A DNA stretch of 64,000 nucleotides, taken from contig NC_082727.1 of the NCBI RefSeq assembly GCF_030144855.1, forward strand, positions 18,538,001 to 18,602,000. The letters are read 5' to 3'. Below the pieces are notes generated by a model, which saw only the letters and a list, made by a program, of their open reading frames with translations, was not told the origin of the DNA and did no database searches. A program made the position numbers and the translations under genes. How positions within the stretch are numbered: the stretch's first letter is position 1; each line of letters starts with the position of its first letter. This stretch comes from Hypanus sabinus. Its lineage: Eukaryota. Shown here one piece after another: positions 47,301-59,803 of the stretch.

Positions 47301-49940
47301 GTCCTTTCCCATCACCCAAACTCCTATTTTATAAAATATTATTTTGCCCTTCCTTCCTGACGTGACCTTGTGGACACCCATTTATCCTCCCATGGTCCAC
47401 GCTGTGGTCCACTGTTGGTGTCCTGAGGATATCCAGTAGTTATCAGAAGCTGGGTTCTCCTCCATCCTGCGTGGCTGGGGCCCCCCTGTTGGAGGTTGTG
47501 AAACCTTACCCCCCCACCAAGCAAACCCCTGCTCCCATCCTGTCCTCCCTCCCCCAAACTCTGCTTCTAACCCTGAGCAATTGAGAAGCAAGCTTCTGCT
47601 GGTCACTGCCTGAGCTTTTCCACATACTGGTGTCACCGGGCTCAGAATCCAACAGGACATTTTGTTGTTTCACTGGAATCCATGTCGTAATTGGGTGCCG
47701 TGTGCTCTCGTTTTCAGTGCACTGGGTCCCTAGCAGGATGTGGGATCCCTGTTGGACAGTATCATCGCCCCCTGACATCTGATCCTTCCTCCCTCGCCCT
47801 GTTGCCCCTCCCTGCACTTCCTGTCACCATTGGTGAAGGGGGCATCGGACATCCATCACAGCAAACGGCTTTGCTTGGGAAAAGCAGACGCTGTGAGATT
47901 CTGTTTTATTTGTTCCTGCACCTTTCCAGATAGTTCCCCACTGCCCCACCGCGTCAGCAACTCCTGCTCCTACTGACGGGGTAAAACCGAACAGGCCCAC
48001 GCCCCCTCCTATGGGTCAGAGACCTTTGACCTGTTGACCTCTGACCCTCAGCACCTCCTGCTACCCGAGAGACTACAGAGGCTGGAAACCTGAGACGCAC
48101 GAACTCCGCAAGTCAGGCAGTATCCATGAGAGAAATAAACAGTCTGTTTTTGGGTTAAGACCTCAACCTGACTGGAAAGGAAGGGGGGAGAAGCCAGAAT
48201 AAGGAGGTGGAAGACTCCAGGAGCTGGCAGGTGAAAGATGAAGCCAGGTTGAGTCCTGGCGGAAGGAGCTCGGCCTGAAGAGTTGACTGTTTATTCCTCT
48301 CTGAAGATGCTGCCTGACCCATTGAGTTCCTCCAGCATTTTGCATGTGTTACTGTTATTAAAGAACTGACATCCAACCCTTTGGCAAGGTGGGAGGTGCG
48401 GGCAGGGGTTCGTCAGTTCCAGAAATAACGGGAGGGAGGACGAGAAACCCACCCCTTAAGCTGCTCATTAGGAGGGTCACGCCAACACCTTAACCACGAC
48501 TCCCTCCCCGCTGCGTTGTGGAAGGGGAGGGTGTGTTGAGTTGTGGTGTCCCTACTCTTGGAGGCTCCCCGCCCAGTCCTGGGAGAGGCGGCTCCTCTCC
48601 CCCCTCAGTAACGCGCACTCTGGATTGCTGGCCGCCAACTCCCTCAGCCCAGCTGTAACACTGTGCAGATCCGAGGACAGAAGGTGGTCTGTCTAGGTGA
48701 AGCTGACAGAACGAATCCAATGATGCTGACATGGTAAATTTACTGACTTTATCAGTGGGGGGAGGGGGGGCAGACATCGAGGGAAGGTCGCCACACCGTG
48801 ACCCACTGCTGACCTCTGACGACGGACAGGAACGTAATGATTTACATACTGCTGGGGCCGGTGGAAGTTGGGCTGTGATCTTTTACAAGTCCTGCCGAAG
48901 GCCACAGTGATCCCCTGCTGTCCTGAGGATTGGCCGCAGGAGAACTCAGTCCTTTGGAGAACTGTCTAGCCCTTCCATTGTTCGGATTCCCTCCTATCTC
49001 CGTGATGGTGTCAGGTGTTGTCCCCTCCCTCCCCACACCTTTCTGGGCCATTGCATTGCTGAAGGTCCTGTCTGCCCAACCCGTCCCAGATGGTGACGAG
49101 TGAAGCTCCTTGCCCAAGTGTCTTGGGAGGAATTGTCCAGTCACTACCGCAGCTTCTTTCATTATTCATCGAGTCCATCTCCAGTGACTTCCCAAAGGAA
49201 ATCCTCAGCGTGCTTGAAATCCTCATTTCCACCAAGAGGGGATGGCCTGCCCGAGCTCTCCACCATGAAGGGGGAGATGTTCCAGGCCTGCAGCCTGCTG
49301 GAGATGGGTGTTACAGTGGGAAAACTTTGTCCAAGAACAGGTCTCTGCTGTAGTGTTGGCCCACCACTGTGCTGCACCCCTCCCCCTCTGACCTTTCACC
49401 TCAGCGGAGGGCAGAGCTGAAGGCTCCCCCCCACCAACCCCACACCCCTTGTAAGCGAGGGCTGACTCCAACCCTCGATTTCCCCTTTGCACCTTTCCAA
49501 TGGTCTTGAGGGGGTTTCATCTATCCAAGCAGTGTTTGGACAGGTCAGCAGCCATTGTTCAGTCAAAGGAGGTGGTTTTCTCACAGAACACCCCCCGGCC
49601 TATCCCCAACTCCTGCCCGAGAGCATTCAAGAATCAGATGTCAGTTGATGCAGAGTTGTCTTACAAGATAATTGGTTTCGCAGGATCTCCAGGGTAAGTG
49701 CTCCTGCCCACTGTAAGTTTTAACATTGCTGCATTCTGTTTATTTCCACATTTAAAGAAGAATTCTGTTCACATCTTTTATTTTTAAGATTTTATTTAAT
49801 TGTAGTTCAAATCTGTCAAAGACTCTGAAACTTGTTAGAGCTCTCATTATAATTTTCTTATTTAAAGAGTCTGTTTCTGGAATGTGTAATGATTTTTTTG
49901 TTTGGATCCATCAATAAAAAGAATAATTTCCTTCAGCAAC
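41310..49940 (+). other. Putative long 3'UTR of the CREBRF-like gene (about 8.6 kb)
   Basis: Mostly unique, transposon-poor sequence after the stop codon, ending in an AT-rich block with AATAAA. Transposon density resumes at about 50010. Confidence 0.6.
49913..49918 (+). promoter_or_regulatory. Polyadenylation signal AATAAA
   Basis: AATAAA preceded by a U-rich tract and followed by tgttgtttgg (GU-rich downstream element). Confidence 0.6.
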
Positions 49941-50259
49941 CATCCTGTTGTTTGGATTAATTCTGATTTGACAACCGTGAGCCGACTGTTTGCAACGAGA
50001 GAGAGCTAGAATATGGTAGCTGAGCAGTTAGCACAATACTTCACAGGCAACCAGAGTTCAATTCCTGCTGCTCGCTGTAAGGAGTTTGGATGTTTTCCCC
50101 ATGGGTTTCCTCCAGATGCTCCGGTTTCCTCCCACAGTCCAAAAATGTACCGGGTGGAAGGTTAATTGGTCTTGGACTCAAACTAAATCGGAGGAGGGGT
50201 TCGCTGGAGAGTGTGATTCAAAGGGCCTGTTCTGCACAGTATCTCAGTAAACAAATAGA

Positions 50260-50865
50260 AATTAAAACCAAGGATGTAAGGTGAGGCTTTACAGGGCTTT
50301 GGTCAGACCACACTTTGAGCATTGTTGACAGTTTTGGGTGCCTTGTCTATGAAAGCACGTGCTGGGATTTGTGAGGGTCCAGAGAAAGTCTTGCAAGAAT
50401 TATTAGGGAATGAAAGGGTTAATGTACGAGGAGTGTTTGATGGCTCTGGGCCTGTACTTCCTGGAAATTTGACAAATGAGGGAGGATCTCATTGAAACCT
50501 ATCGACTATTGAAAGGCCTAAATAGAGTGAATGTGGAGAGGAAGTTTCCTGTTGCTGGGGAGTCTGGCATCAGAGAGCACAGCCCGAGAATAGATAGATG
50601 CCTCTTCGGAACAGAGATGAGGAGGAATTTCTTTAGCCAGAGGGTGGAGTATTGGCAGAATTTAATGTCACACACGGCTGTGGAGGCCAAGTTATTGGGT
50701 ATATTTAAGTGGACGATGATAGGTTCTTGATTAGTAAGTGTGTCAAAGGTAACAGGGAGAAGGCATGGGATGGAGTTGAGAGAGAAATTAAGTCCCCCAT
50801 GATGGAAAGGCAAAGTAGGCTCGATGGGCTGAATGGCCTAATTCTGCTCCTGTGCCTTCCAGTCT
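50260..50865 (+). mobile_element. CR1 3' fragment
   Basis: MREDLIETYRLLKGL...RRNFFSQRV and the family 3' tail gggctgaatggcctaattctgctcc. Confidence 0.8.
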
Positions 50866-52264
50866 AATGAGCTGGTGTTTACAGGGGGAAGCAATCTTGT
50901 CTGGACTGGGTAATGACCATAATAAACACTCCCCAACAGTCCAATGTGGTTGACTCTGATTGCCCTTGAATAGCTACATACACAGAAATGCCCTTTCAGC
51001 CCATCTTGTCCATGATGGCCCCTCTGCCTTCTGAAATGCCACCGCTTGGTTCAGGGGCAAATGGTGGATAATGGTAAACACAGGAGATTCTGCAAATGCT
51101 GGGAATCCAGAGCAATGCGCTAAATGCTGGAGGGACTCAACAGGTCAGGCAGCATCTATGGAGAGGAATAAACATTCAACATGTCTGCCAAGAGCCGCTT
51201 TCAATCCTGATCTCACCAATCACCTGCCGGCTTGTTGTACTCCTCCCTCCCACCTTATTCTGGTTTCTACCACCTTCTTTTCCCATCTTGTCTCAGTGTG
51301 AAACATGGACTGTCCATTTCCCTCCGTAGATGCTTCCTGACCTGCTGAGCTCCTTCAGCAGTTTGTTGGTGGATAATGAACGTGCTTCTGAACTGGCCAT
51401 CTTCTCTCATCAAATGATCACGTAGAGGAACAAGCTCTTTGGCCCATCATCAATGTGCTAACCCTGTCTACCAGTTCAGTGTGTACCCATCTATTCCCAA
51501 ACAGCTTGTGTCCAATCTGGAAGATTAAGATGCACGAGGTCCATGGTGAATTGGCTGTTTGGATTCAGAACTGGCTTGCATGAAGAGAGTAATGGTTGAA
51601 GGGATTTTTGAGCTGGAGGTCTGCAGGGATCTGTGCTGGGACCTCTGCTAATTGTGATAGATATAAATGGGCTGGATGAAAAGGAAGATGGGAGGGGTTA
51701 GCAAGTTTGTGGACGATACCAAGATTGGTGAAGTTGTGGATAGTGTAGAAAACTGGATAAGATTACATTGCGATACAGATCTGTTGCAGATATGGGCAGA
51801 GAAATTGCAGATCGTTTAACCCAGATAATAATTGAGTAGGGCAAATGCAAAGAGACTGTACACTCTTAAGGGCAGGATCCTTAAGAGAGTTGCTGAGCAG
51901 AGAGATCTTGTGATGCAAGTTCATAGCTCTTTAAAAGTAGCTACACAGGTCGATAAGGTGGATAAGGCGGCTTAGGGAATGTAGACGGAGGGATAAGGAC
52001 TTGTGCAGGCAGGAAGAATAAGTGTTTGCCTGTTTTTGATTGCTTTTTAGCTGTTCAGCACAATGTTGTGGGCTGAATGGCCTGTGCTGTGCTGTTCTGT
52101 GTTCTATATGAAACCATGCAGGGGGAATTCATAGTAAATCAAATCACATTTAATTATCATTTAACACTACGTGGATACTGCCGCCCGAGACAGTGTTCCA
52201 CTGGGGCCAAGGTGCAAAGCAAACGCAGCACATTCAAAAGAGCTTGAAGTAAAATAGTCATGCA

Positions 52265-53700
52265 AGAAAACACTCTTTCATGACAAAGTGAAAGCAGATC
52301 TCTGCAAAGTGATCTAAATTAATTACAAATATAAAACACAATAATTGATTGCATAAGGATTCACCCCCCTTTTAATATGACATGCCAAATAATCTCTGGC
52401 TGCACCCAATTGGTTTTAGAAATCACATAATTGGTTCTAGCTATATATAAACCTGTGTGCGGTCAAGGCCTTTCAATTGATTGTAGTAAAAATACACATG
52501 AATCTGGAAGGTCCGACTGCTGGTGAGTCAGGATCCCGGCAAAAACTACACCATCAAGACAAAAGAACTCTCCAAGCAACTCTGCAAAAAGGTCATTGAA
52601 AAGCACAAGCCAGGAGATGGATACAAGAAAGTTTCCAAGTCACTGAATATCCCTTGGAGTATAGTTAAGTCAATCACCAACGAATGGAAAGAATGTGGCA
52701 CAGCTGTAAATCTGCCTGGAGCAGGCCGTCCTCAAAAACTGAGTGACTGTTCAAGAAGGGAACTAGTAAGGGAGGCCCCCCCAAGAGACGTATGACAACT
52801 CTGGAGGAGTTACAAGCTTCAGTGGCTGAAGGGAGAGACTGCACATACAACAACTGTTGCCCAGTTGCTTCAGCAGTTGCAGCTTTATGTGAGAGTGGCA
52901 AAGAAAACCTCACCTGAAATCTCAGCTAGAAATTTCCAGAAGGCGTATGGGAGACTCCGAAGTCAGCCGTTAGGTTCTATGGCCTAATGAAACTAAAATT
53001 GAGCTCTTTGGCCATCAGACAAGCACCACACATCATCAGAAACACACTATCCCTACCGTGAAGCACGTTGCTGGCTGCATCATGCTGTGGGGATGCTTCA
53101 TTGCAGCAGGCCCCTGGAAGGCTTGTGAAGGTAGAGGGTAAAATGAATGCAGCAAAACACAGGGAGATCCCGGAGGAAAACCTGATGTATCTGCAAGAGA
53201 ACTGTGACTTGGGAGAAAGTTTGGTTTCCAGCAGGACAATGTCCCCAAGCATAAAGCCAAAGCTACACAGGGATGGCTTAAAAACAACAAAGTTAATATC
53301 CTGAAGTGGTCATGTCAAAGTCCAGAGCTCAATCCAATTGAGAATTTGTAGCTGGACTTGACAAGGGCTGTTCACTCACGATCCCCATGCAATCTGACAG
53401 AGCTTGAGCAGTTTTGTAAAGAAGAATGGGGAGAAATTGCGGTGTCTGGATGTGCAAAGCTGATAGGGCCCTATCCACCCAGACACAGGACTGTAATTGC
53501 TGCCGAACGTGCATCTGCTAAATACTGACGAAAGGGTAATTACTGACGAAAGGGTAAATACTTCTGCAATCAGTTATTTTGTGTTTTATATTTGTAATTA
53601 ATTTAGATCTGTCTTCACTTTGACACAAAAGAGTCTTTTTCTTTTGGTCAATATAAAAAAAAGCCAAATTAATTCTGCTGAGTTTCAATGTTGTAAAACA
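52265..53700 (+). mobile_element. Decayed Tc1-family DNA transposon with long terminal inverted repeats
   Basis: Transposase N-terminus KTKELSKQL...GDGYKKVSKSLNIPWSIVKSI...GRPQKLS and later catalytic-domain remnants. Inverted repeats gatctaaattaattacaaatataaaacaca (about 52311) and tgtgttttatatttgtaattaatttagatc (about 53580). Confidence 0.88.
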
Positions 53701-54329
53701 GGAAGACCAAGACCCTGAGCAACATGTCCTGCAAACTGATGGTACAGTTCCTGGCACGGCACCCTGTCGCTCCACTGGGGAGAGGCTACCCCCACTGAGC
53801 ATGGACGCCACGCTACACCACCTCCAGCGTCTCCCCACCTGGACTGCTGCAGCAGGCAAACCCACAGCTTGAGGCTTAGTCGTCGCTACAGCCGAGGCTG
53901 AGCAGCTCCCGCACCTCCCACCTCAGCACCAAGCAAGGGAAACAGGCCGGCAACATCTTACATTATCAATGTCTGATAGGGTCTTGCAATCGCAAGGGAA
54001 CTGTCAAAGACAGCCACCCATGGTTACACTTCCCACTGCCTTTGCGCATCAACTCCGATGCTGCCTGCCACTCGAAGGCAACACGGTCTGCACCCAGGCC
54101 CATCAGCTGGTTCATTCCTCTCCAACCCACCGGCCGAATACTCCGATCAGCAAGCAGCTCATTGATGCGGTACACCTGATGTACCCAAAGTTCTTGGAGT
54201 CCAGTATAGCCTTATGATCATAAAAAAACTATACTTAACAAAGAAAAGAACATCTTAGGATGGCCCCCAAGGCACTGCTGCATCCAAACACACCCCCATC
54301 TTAATACGGTAGATCTATTCTACCATATT

Positions 54330-55925
54330 AAGATTACTGTCTCCTCAGGGTTCCTTTACCATAAGCTTCCTAATCAAATCCCATTCATTAAACAATATCT
54401 AATCCAGAATAACTGATCCCCAAATGGGCTCAACCACAAGCTGCTCTAAAAAGTCATCTCAGACATTCTATAAATGATTTCTCTTGTGATCCAAAATCAG
54501 CACCAACCAGCTGTACCCTCATATTGAAATTCCCCATGGCTATTGTAAAATTGCCTGTACCCAGGCTACTGTTCGGACCGGGCTGGTGTGTAACTCCCAT
54601 TGGGGTCTTTTCACCCTTGCAGTTCCTTAACTCTGTTCAAAATGATTCTACATCTTCTGATCAATTGTCACCTTTTTCTGAGGATTTGATTACATTTTTT
54701 ACCAACAGAACCACGCCAACCCCTCTGCCTGCTTGTCTTTTCAATACAGTGTGTATCCTTGCCTGCTAAACCTCCAATTGTAACCTTTTCAGCCACAACT
54801 CTGTGATGCCCACAATGTCATTCATGCCAATATGTAACTACGCTACAAGATCATTTATTCTGTTAAATATTCTGCATGTATTCAAATGTCACACCATCAG
54901 TCCTGTATTCATCATCCTTTTTGAATTTATTTCCCGATTACACTGCAACTCATCCCACTGACTACAATTTTGTCCTGACAGTCTCACTCCTCACCGTCTC
55001 TGATAGTATTTCAACTGTCCCATTCTCAGCCCTGTCACTCTGGCTCCCACCCCCTTGCCAAATCAGTTTAACCCCTCCCTAACCGTTCTAGCAAACCTGC
55101 CCACAAGGAAATTGGTCTCCCTCGGGTTCCAGTGTAATCTGTCCCTTTTGCACAGGTCATACCCTCCCCAGGGAGTGAGAACAAGGACAACCTATTAGAT
55201 GCTCCTAATGGCTTGTGCCTCAAATTGTCTGACAACCAAGTCCAGCTCCTGGTCTTCACATGTGGCTTGGCTACGAAGCCCATTGGAACAATTTCTACCA
55301 ACAGAAGAAGGGGCAAAGGTGAGTTAGTGGAGCCTTAAAACCAATCGCTTCAGGCAGATGGGGTTGATCAGCCATGGTTTTCAGCTCATCTAGAAGGAAA
55401 ACTCTGATCTCAAGCCTCCGCTGCCTTGCGGATACACCCACTCATGGGGAGGGCTTCAGGAGAAAACCCCAAGGGAACAATCTGGAGCTGGAGTCCCTGA
55501 GGCAGTCCTACATTGAGTTTAATGCTGACTGGCAACTCCTGCGATGCTGCTGGTGCCAAACTGTAATGGTCTCTGCTGTTCCCTTGGATTCATCAGATGT
55601 GTGGAGAGGGGGAGCTTGATACATGGGCAGCAACTTGCTCTCAGTACTGTACTGCCCAGGCTCGCGTATCCATGATCAACCCTGAAAGAGGCCTCAGAAC
55701 TTCCCCAGCAGAGATCCCAATGGTCTGGAAATCTGAAACCCTGCCCCCTGTACCAGTTGCTCAGCCACCCATTTATCTGCCAAATCACCCTATTCTTACC
55801 GTCACCGGTGGCATTCCAGAGATTACTACCCTGGAGGTTCTACTTTTCAGCGTTCAACCTCGCTCCCTGAATTCAATCTTTAGGACTGCCACCTTTTCCC
55901 TCCCAATGGCATTGGTGCCAGTATG
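54330..55925 (-). mobile_element. CR1 fragment (ORF1 esterase end and endonuclease), interrupted at about 55171-55697
   Basis: INGWLSNWYRGQGFRFPDHWDL (CR1 ORF1 SGNH-esterase region). Reverse-complement homology to 55926-56800. Confidence 0.75.
55171..55697. mobile_element. Unclassified interspersed element (possibly RTE-related) inserted in CR1
   Basis: Interrupts CR1 between near-duplicated sites ccctccccag and cttccccag. No coding capacity recognised. Confidence 0.45.
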
Positions 55926-58900
55926 GGCAGGATTGCTAGAGCTGTCAGGGAGGGTTTAAACTGATTTGGCAGGGGGGTGGGAACCAGAGAGATAGGACTG
56001 AGGGTGGGGATGTTAGTTTCCAAGCAGAGGTGCTGTACACTGAGACCATCAAGAAGGTCAGGCAGATGATAGGACAAAGTTGTAGTCAGTGGGATGGGTT
56101 ACAGAGTAAAAGGGGGACAAAACTGAAAGGGTGATAAATACAGGACTGAAGGTATTATATTTGAATGCATGCTGTATACAAAATAAGGTAGATGATCTTG
56201 TAGCACAGTTAGAGGTTGGCGGGTGAGACGTTGTTGGCATCACAGAATCATGGCTGGAAGATAATTGCAAACGGGAGCTTAATATCAAGGATACACCATC
56301 TACCCTAAGGACGGGCAGGGAGGCAGAACAGGAGGAGTGGCGATGCCGGTAAAAAATGAAATCAAATCTTTAGAAAGAGGTGACATAGGATTGGAAGATG
56401 CAGCGTCCTTGTGGGTAGAGTTAAGAAACTGCCAGGGTAAGGCGGCCCTGATGGGAGTTATTTACAGGTCTCCAAACAGTAGCCAGGATGTGGTGTACAA
56501 ACTACAGCAAGAGACAGGAAAAGCCTGTCAAAAAGGCGGTTAAGCTAGCCATGGAGGGTTTCAATATGTAAATGAACTGGGAAAATCAAGTTGATGATAG
56601 GTTCCGAGAGAGAGAATTTGTGGAGTGACCTTTTTTTTAGAGCAGCTTGTGATTGAGCCCACTTGGAGATCAGAAATTCTGGGTTGGGTGTTGTGTTATG
56701 AACTGGACGTGATTAGGGAGCCTAAGGTAAAGGAACCTTTAGGAAACAGTGATCATAATATGATAGACTTTACCCTGCAAATTGAGAGTGAGAAGCTAAA
56801 GTCAGATGTATCAGTATTACTGTGGAGCAAGGGAATTACAGAGACCTGGGAGAGGAGCTGACCAAGGCTGATTCAAAGAGGGCATTAACAGGGGTGAGAG
56901 CAGAGCAGCGATGGCTGGAGCTTCTAGGAGCAGTTCAGAAGGTGCAGGGTATATAATTCTCAAGGAAGAAGAACTATTCTAAAGGTACAATGACAGAACT
57001 GTGGCTGACAAGCAAAGTCAAAGTCAACATTAAAGCATAAGACAGGGCATATAATACAGAAAGATAGGCAGGAAGGCAGAGGAGGTGGGGTGGTGCTCTT
57101 GATAAGGGATGAGATCAGGGTGATTGTGAGAGAGGATATAAGATCTACGGAGCAGAATGTTGAGTCCATCTGGGTAGAGATTAAGAATAGTAAAGGGGAA
57201 AAAATCACTGGTGGGAGTTGTCCATAGGCCACCTAATAAAAATATTGCAGTGGCAGAGGTGATTAACCAAGAAATAACTGAGGCTTGTAAGAACAGAATG
57301 GCAGTTGTCATGGGGGATTTTAACTTCCACATAGATTGGGTGAATCAGGTTGGTCAAGGAAGGCTTGAGGAGGACTTCATAGAATGCATCCGTGATGGCT
57401 TTCTTGAGCAGCTTGTTAGTCAACCTACAAGGGAAAATATTTTCTTAAATCTAGTCCTGTGCAAAGAGACAGGTAACATTAACGATCTTATAGTCAGGGA
57501 TCTTCTTGGAAAGAGTGATCATAGTATGATTGAATTTCGCATACCGATGGAGGCTAAATAGTTAAATCTAAAACTAGTGTATTATGCTTGAACAAGGGAG
57601 ACTACAACGGGATGAGGGAGGAGTTGGCTAATGTGGATTGGGAGCACAGTCTATTGGTAGGACAGTTGAGGAACAGTGGAATACTTTCAAACAGATTTTT
57701 TAGTGTTCAACAAAAGTATATTCCAGTCAAAAGTAAGGACAGTAAGTGTGGGGAGAGCCAGCCTTGGATAACTAAGGAAATAAAAGATAGTATCAAATTA
57801 AACACTCATGTGTACAAAGTTGCAATGAGTAGAGGGAGACTGGAGGATTGGGAAAACTTTAAAAAGCGACAGAGGAGGACACGTCTAATATGCCAAAGAA
57901 AGATGTTATGGATGAAATGGAAGGTGAGGACCTCGATAAAATCACTGTCACTGAAGAGATAGTGATGAGCAAACTAGAGGGCCTGAAGGTAGATAAGTTC
58001 CCTGGTCCTGATGGGATGCATCCCAGGGTGCTGAGGGAATTGGAGGAGGCTATTGTAGATGAGTTGATAATCATTTATCAAACCTCTAGACTCTGGGCAG
58101 GTCCTGGTGGATTGGAAGGCAGCAAATGTCACGCCACGTTTTAAAAAAAGATGTAGGCAAAAGACGGGCAACTATGGGCTAGTTAGCTTAACATCTGTAG
58201 TTGGGAAAATGCTTGAACCTGTCATTAATGAAGAAATAGCGAAACATTTAGAAAGGAATGGTTCCATTAGACAGACGCAGCATGGATTCAGAAAGGGCAA
58301 GTCCTGTTTGACAAACTTACTGGAGTTCTTTGAGGATATAATGAGTCAGTGGATAGAGGCGAACAGGTGAATGTCGTATACTTGGATTTCCAGAAGGCAT
58401 TCAATAAGGTGTCACACAAGAGAGTTATAAATAAGATACGGATGCATGGAGTTGGAGGAAGTGTATTGGCATGGACAGTGGAATGTTTAACCAATAGAAG
58501 GCAGAGAGTTGGTATAAATGAGTGTTTCTCCGGTTGGCAGTCTGTGGTGAGTGGGGTGCTGCAGGGGGTTGGTACTGGGCCCGCAGCTGTTTACCATTTA
58601 CATTGATGATGTGGAAGAGGGGACTGAGTGTAGTGTAGCAAAATTTGCTGATGATACTAAACTGAGTGGAAACGCAAATTGTACAGAGGATGTGGCGAGT
58701 CTGCAGAGGGATATAGATAGGTTAAGTGAGTGGGCCAAGGTCTGGCAGATGGAATACAACATTAGTAAATGTGAGATTATCCTCTTTGAAAGGAATAATA
58801 GAAGGGCAGATTATTATTTAAATGGTGAACGATTGCAGCATGCTTTTGTGCAGAGGGACTTGGGAGTGCTTGATCATGAATTGCGAAAAGTTGGCTTGCA

Positions 58901-59500
58901 GGTACAACAGGTTATTAAGAAGGCAAACGGAATGTTGGCCTTCATTGCTAGAGGGATTGAATTCAAGAGCAGGGAGGTCATGCTACAATTATACAGGATA
59001 CTGGTGAGGCCACACCTGGAGTACTGTGTGCAGTTCTGGTCTCCATACTTGAGGAGGGATATACTGGCTTTGGAGGCAGTGCAGAGGAGATTCACCAGGG
59101 GTTAACCTATGAAGAGAGATTAAGTTGCCTGGGACTATATTCTCTGGAATTCAGAAGAATGAGAGGGAATCTTATAGAAACATACAAAATTTTGAAAGGG
59201 ATGGATAAGATAGAAGTTGTTTCCATTGGTAGGTGAGACTAGAACTAGGGGATATTGCCTCAAGATTCAGGGGAGAAGATTTAGGACAAGAGTGGTGAAT
59301 CTGTGGAATTCTCTGCCTCACTAAGTATATTTAAGATACAGTTAGACAGGTTTTTACATAGTAGGGGAATTAAGGGTTATGGGGAAAAGGCAGGTCGATG
59401 GAGTTGAGTTCATGGACAGACCAGCCATGATCTTATTGAATGGTGGGGCAGGCTTGATGGGCCAGATGGCCTATTCCTGCTCCTATTTCTTATGTTCTTA
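55926..59500 (+). mobile_element. CR1 LINE(s): endonuclease and RT, two juxtaposed copies, frameshifted
   Basis: [101 protein letters not shown]. 3' tail ttcttatgttctta. Confidence 0.92.
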
Positions 59501-59690
59501 TATAATAGAGCAAATCTTAGTGGAAAGTTAAAAGAATAGGAATACTTAAAAAAACTAACAGAAGGCAATTAAACAAAAACAAAAAAAGAGGGGAGAGAAG
59601 ATAAGCTGGCCAACAATATCAATCATTGTACAACACACACAAAATGCTGGTGGAACACAGCAGGCCAGGCAGCGTCTATAGGGAGAAGCA

Positions 59691-59728
59691 CTGTCGACGT
59701 TTCGGGCCGAGACCCTTCGTCAGGACTG
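59691..59728 (-). ncRNA. Minimal type-I hammerhead ribozyme motif (intact core)
   Basis: Minus strand reads CAGUC-CUGACGA-A-GGGU(CUCG)GCCC-GAAA-CG-UC-GACAG: conserved core, 4-bp stem II, palindromic ACGU stem III, GUC cleavage triplet, stem I GUC/GAC. Confidence 0.75.
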
Positions 59729-59765
59729 AACACAGCAGGCCAGGCAGCAACTATAAGGAGAAGCA

Positions 59766-59803
59766 TTGTCGACGTTTCGGGCCGAGACCCTTTGTCAGGA
59801 CTA
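59766..59803 (-). ncRNA. Second hammerhead motif of the tandem pair (core G8-to-A change)
   Basis: UAGUC-CUGACAA-A-GGGUCUCGGCCC-GAAACGUC-GACAA, 75 nt from the first copy. Confidence 0.6.

Noticed and set aside
46157-49500. Short ORFs on both strands in the putative 3'UTR (e.g. 49162-49377 minus, 46176-46532 minus)
   Set aside because: No recognisable domain, no consistent splice chain, and lengths expected by chance in GC-balanced sequence.
53522-53560. actgacgaaagggtaa tandem as a ribozyme-like motif
   Set aside because: A simple 18-nt duplication inside the decayed Tc1 terminal region; lacks hammerhead topology.
59653-59802. Direct repeats resembling a CRISPR array
   Set aside because: Only two contiguous units with no unique spacers, in eukaryotic DNA with no cas genes; explained by the PLE terminal repeat.
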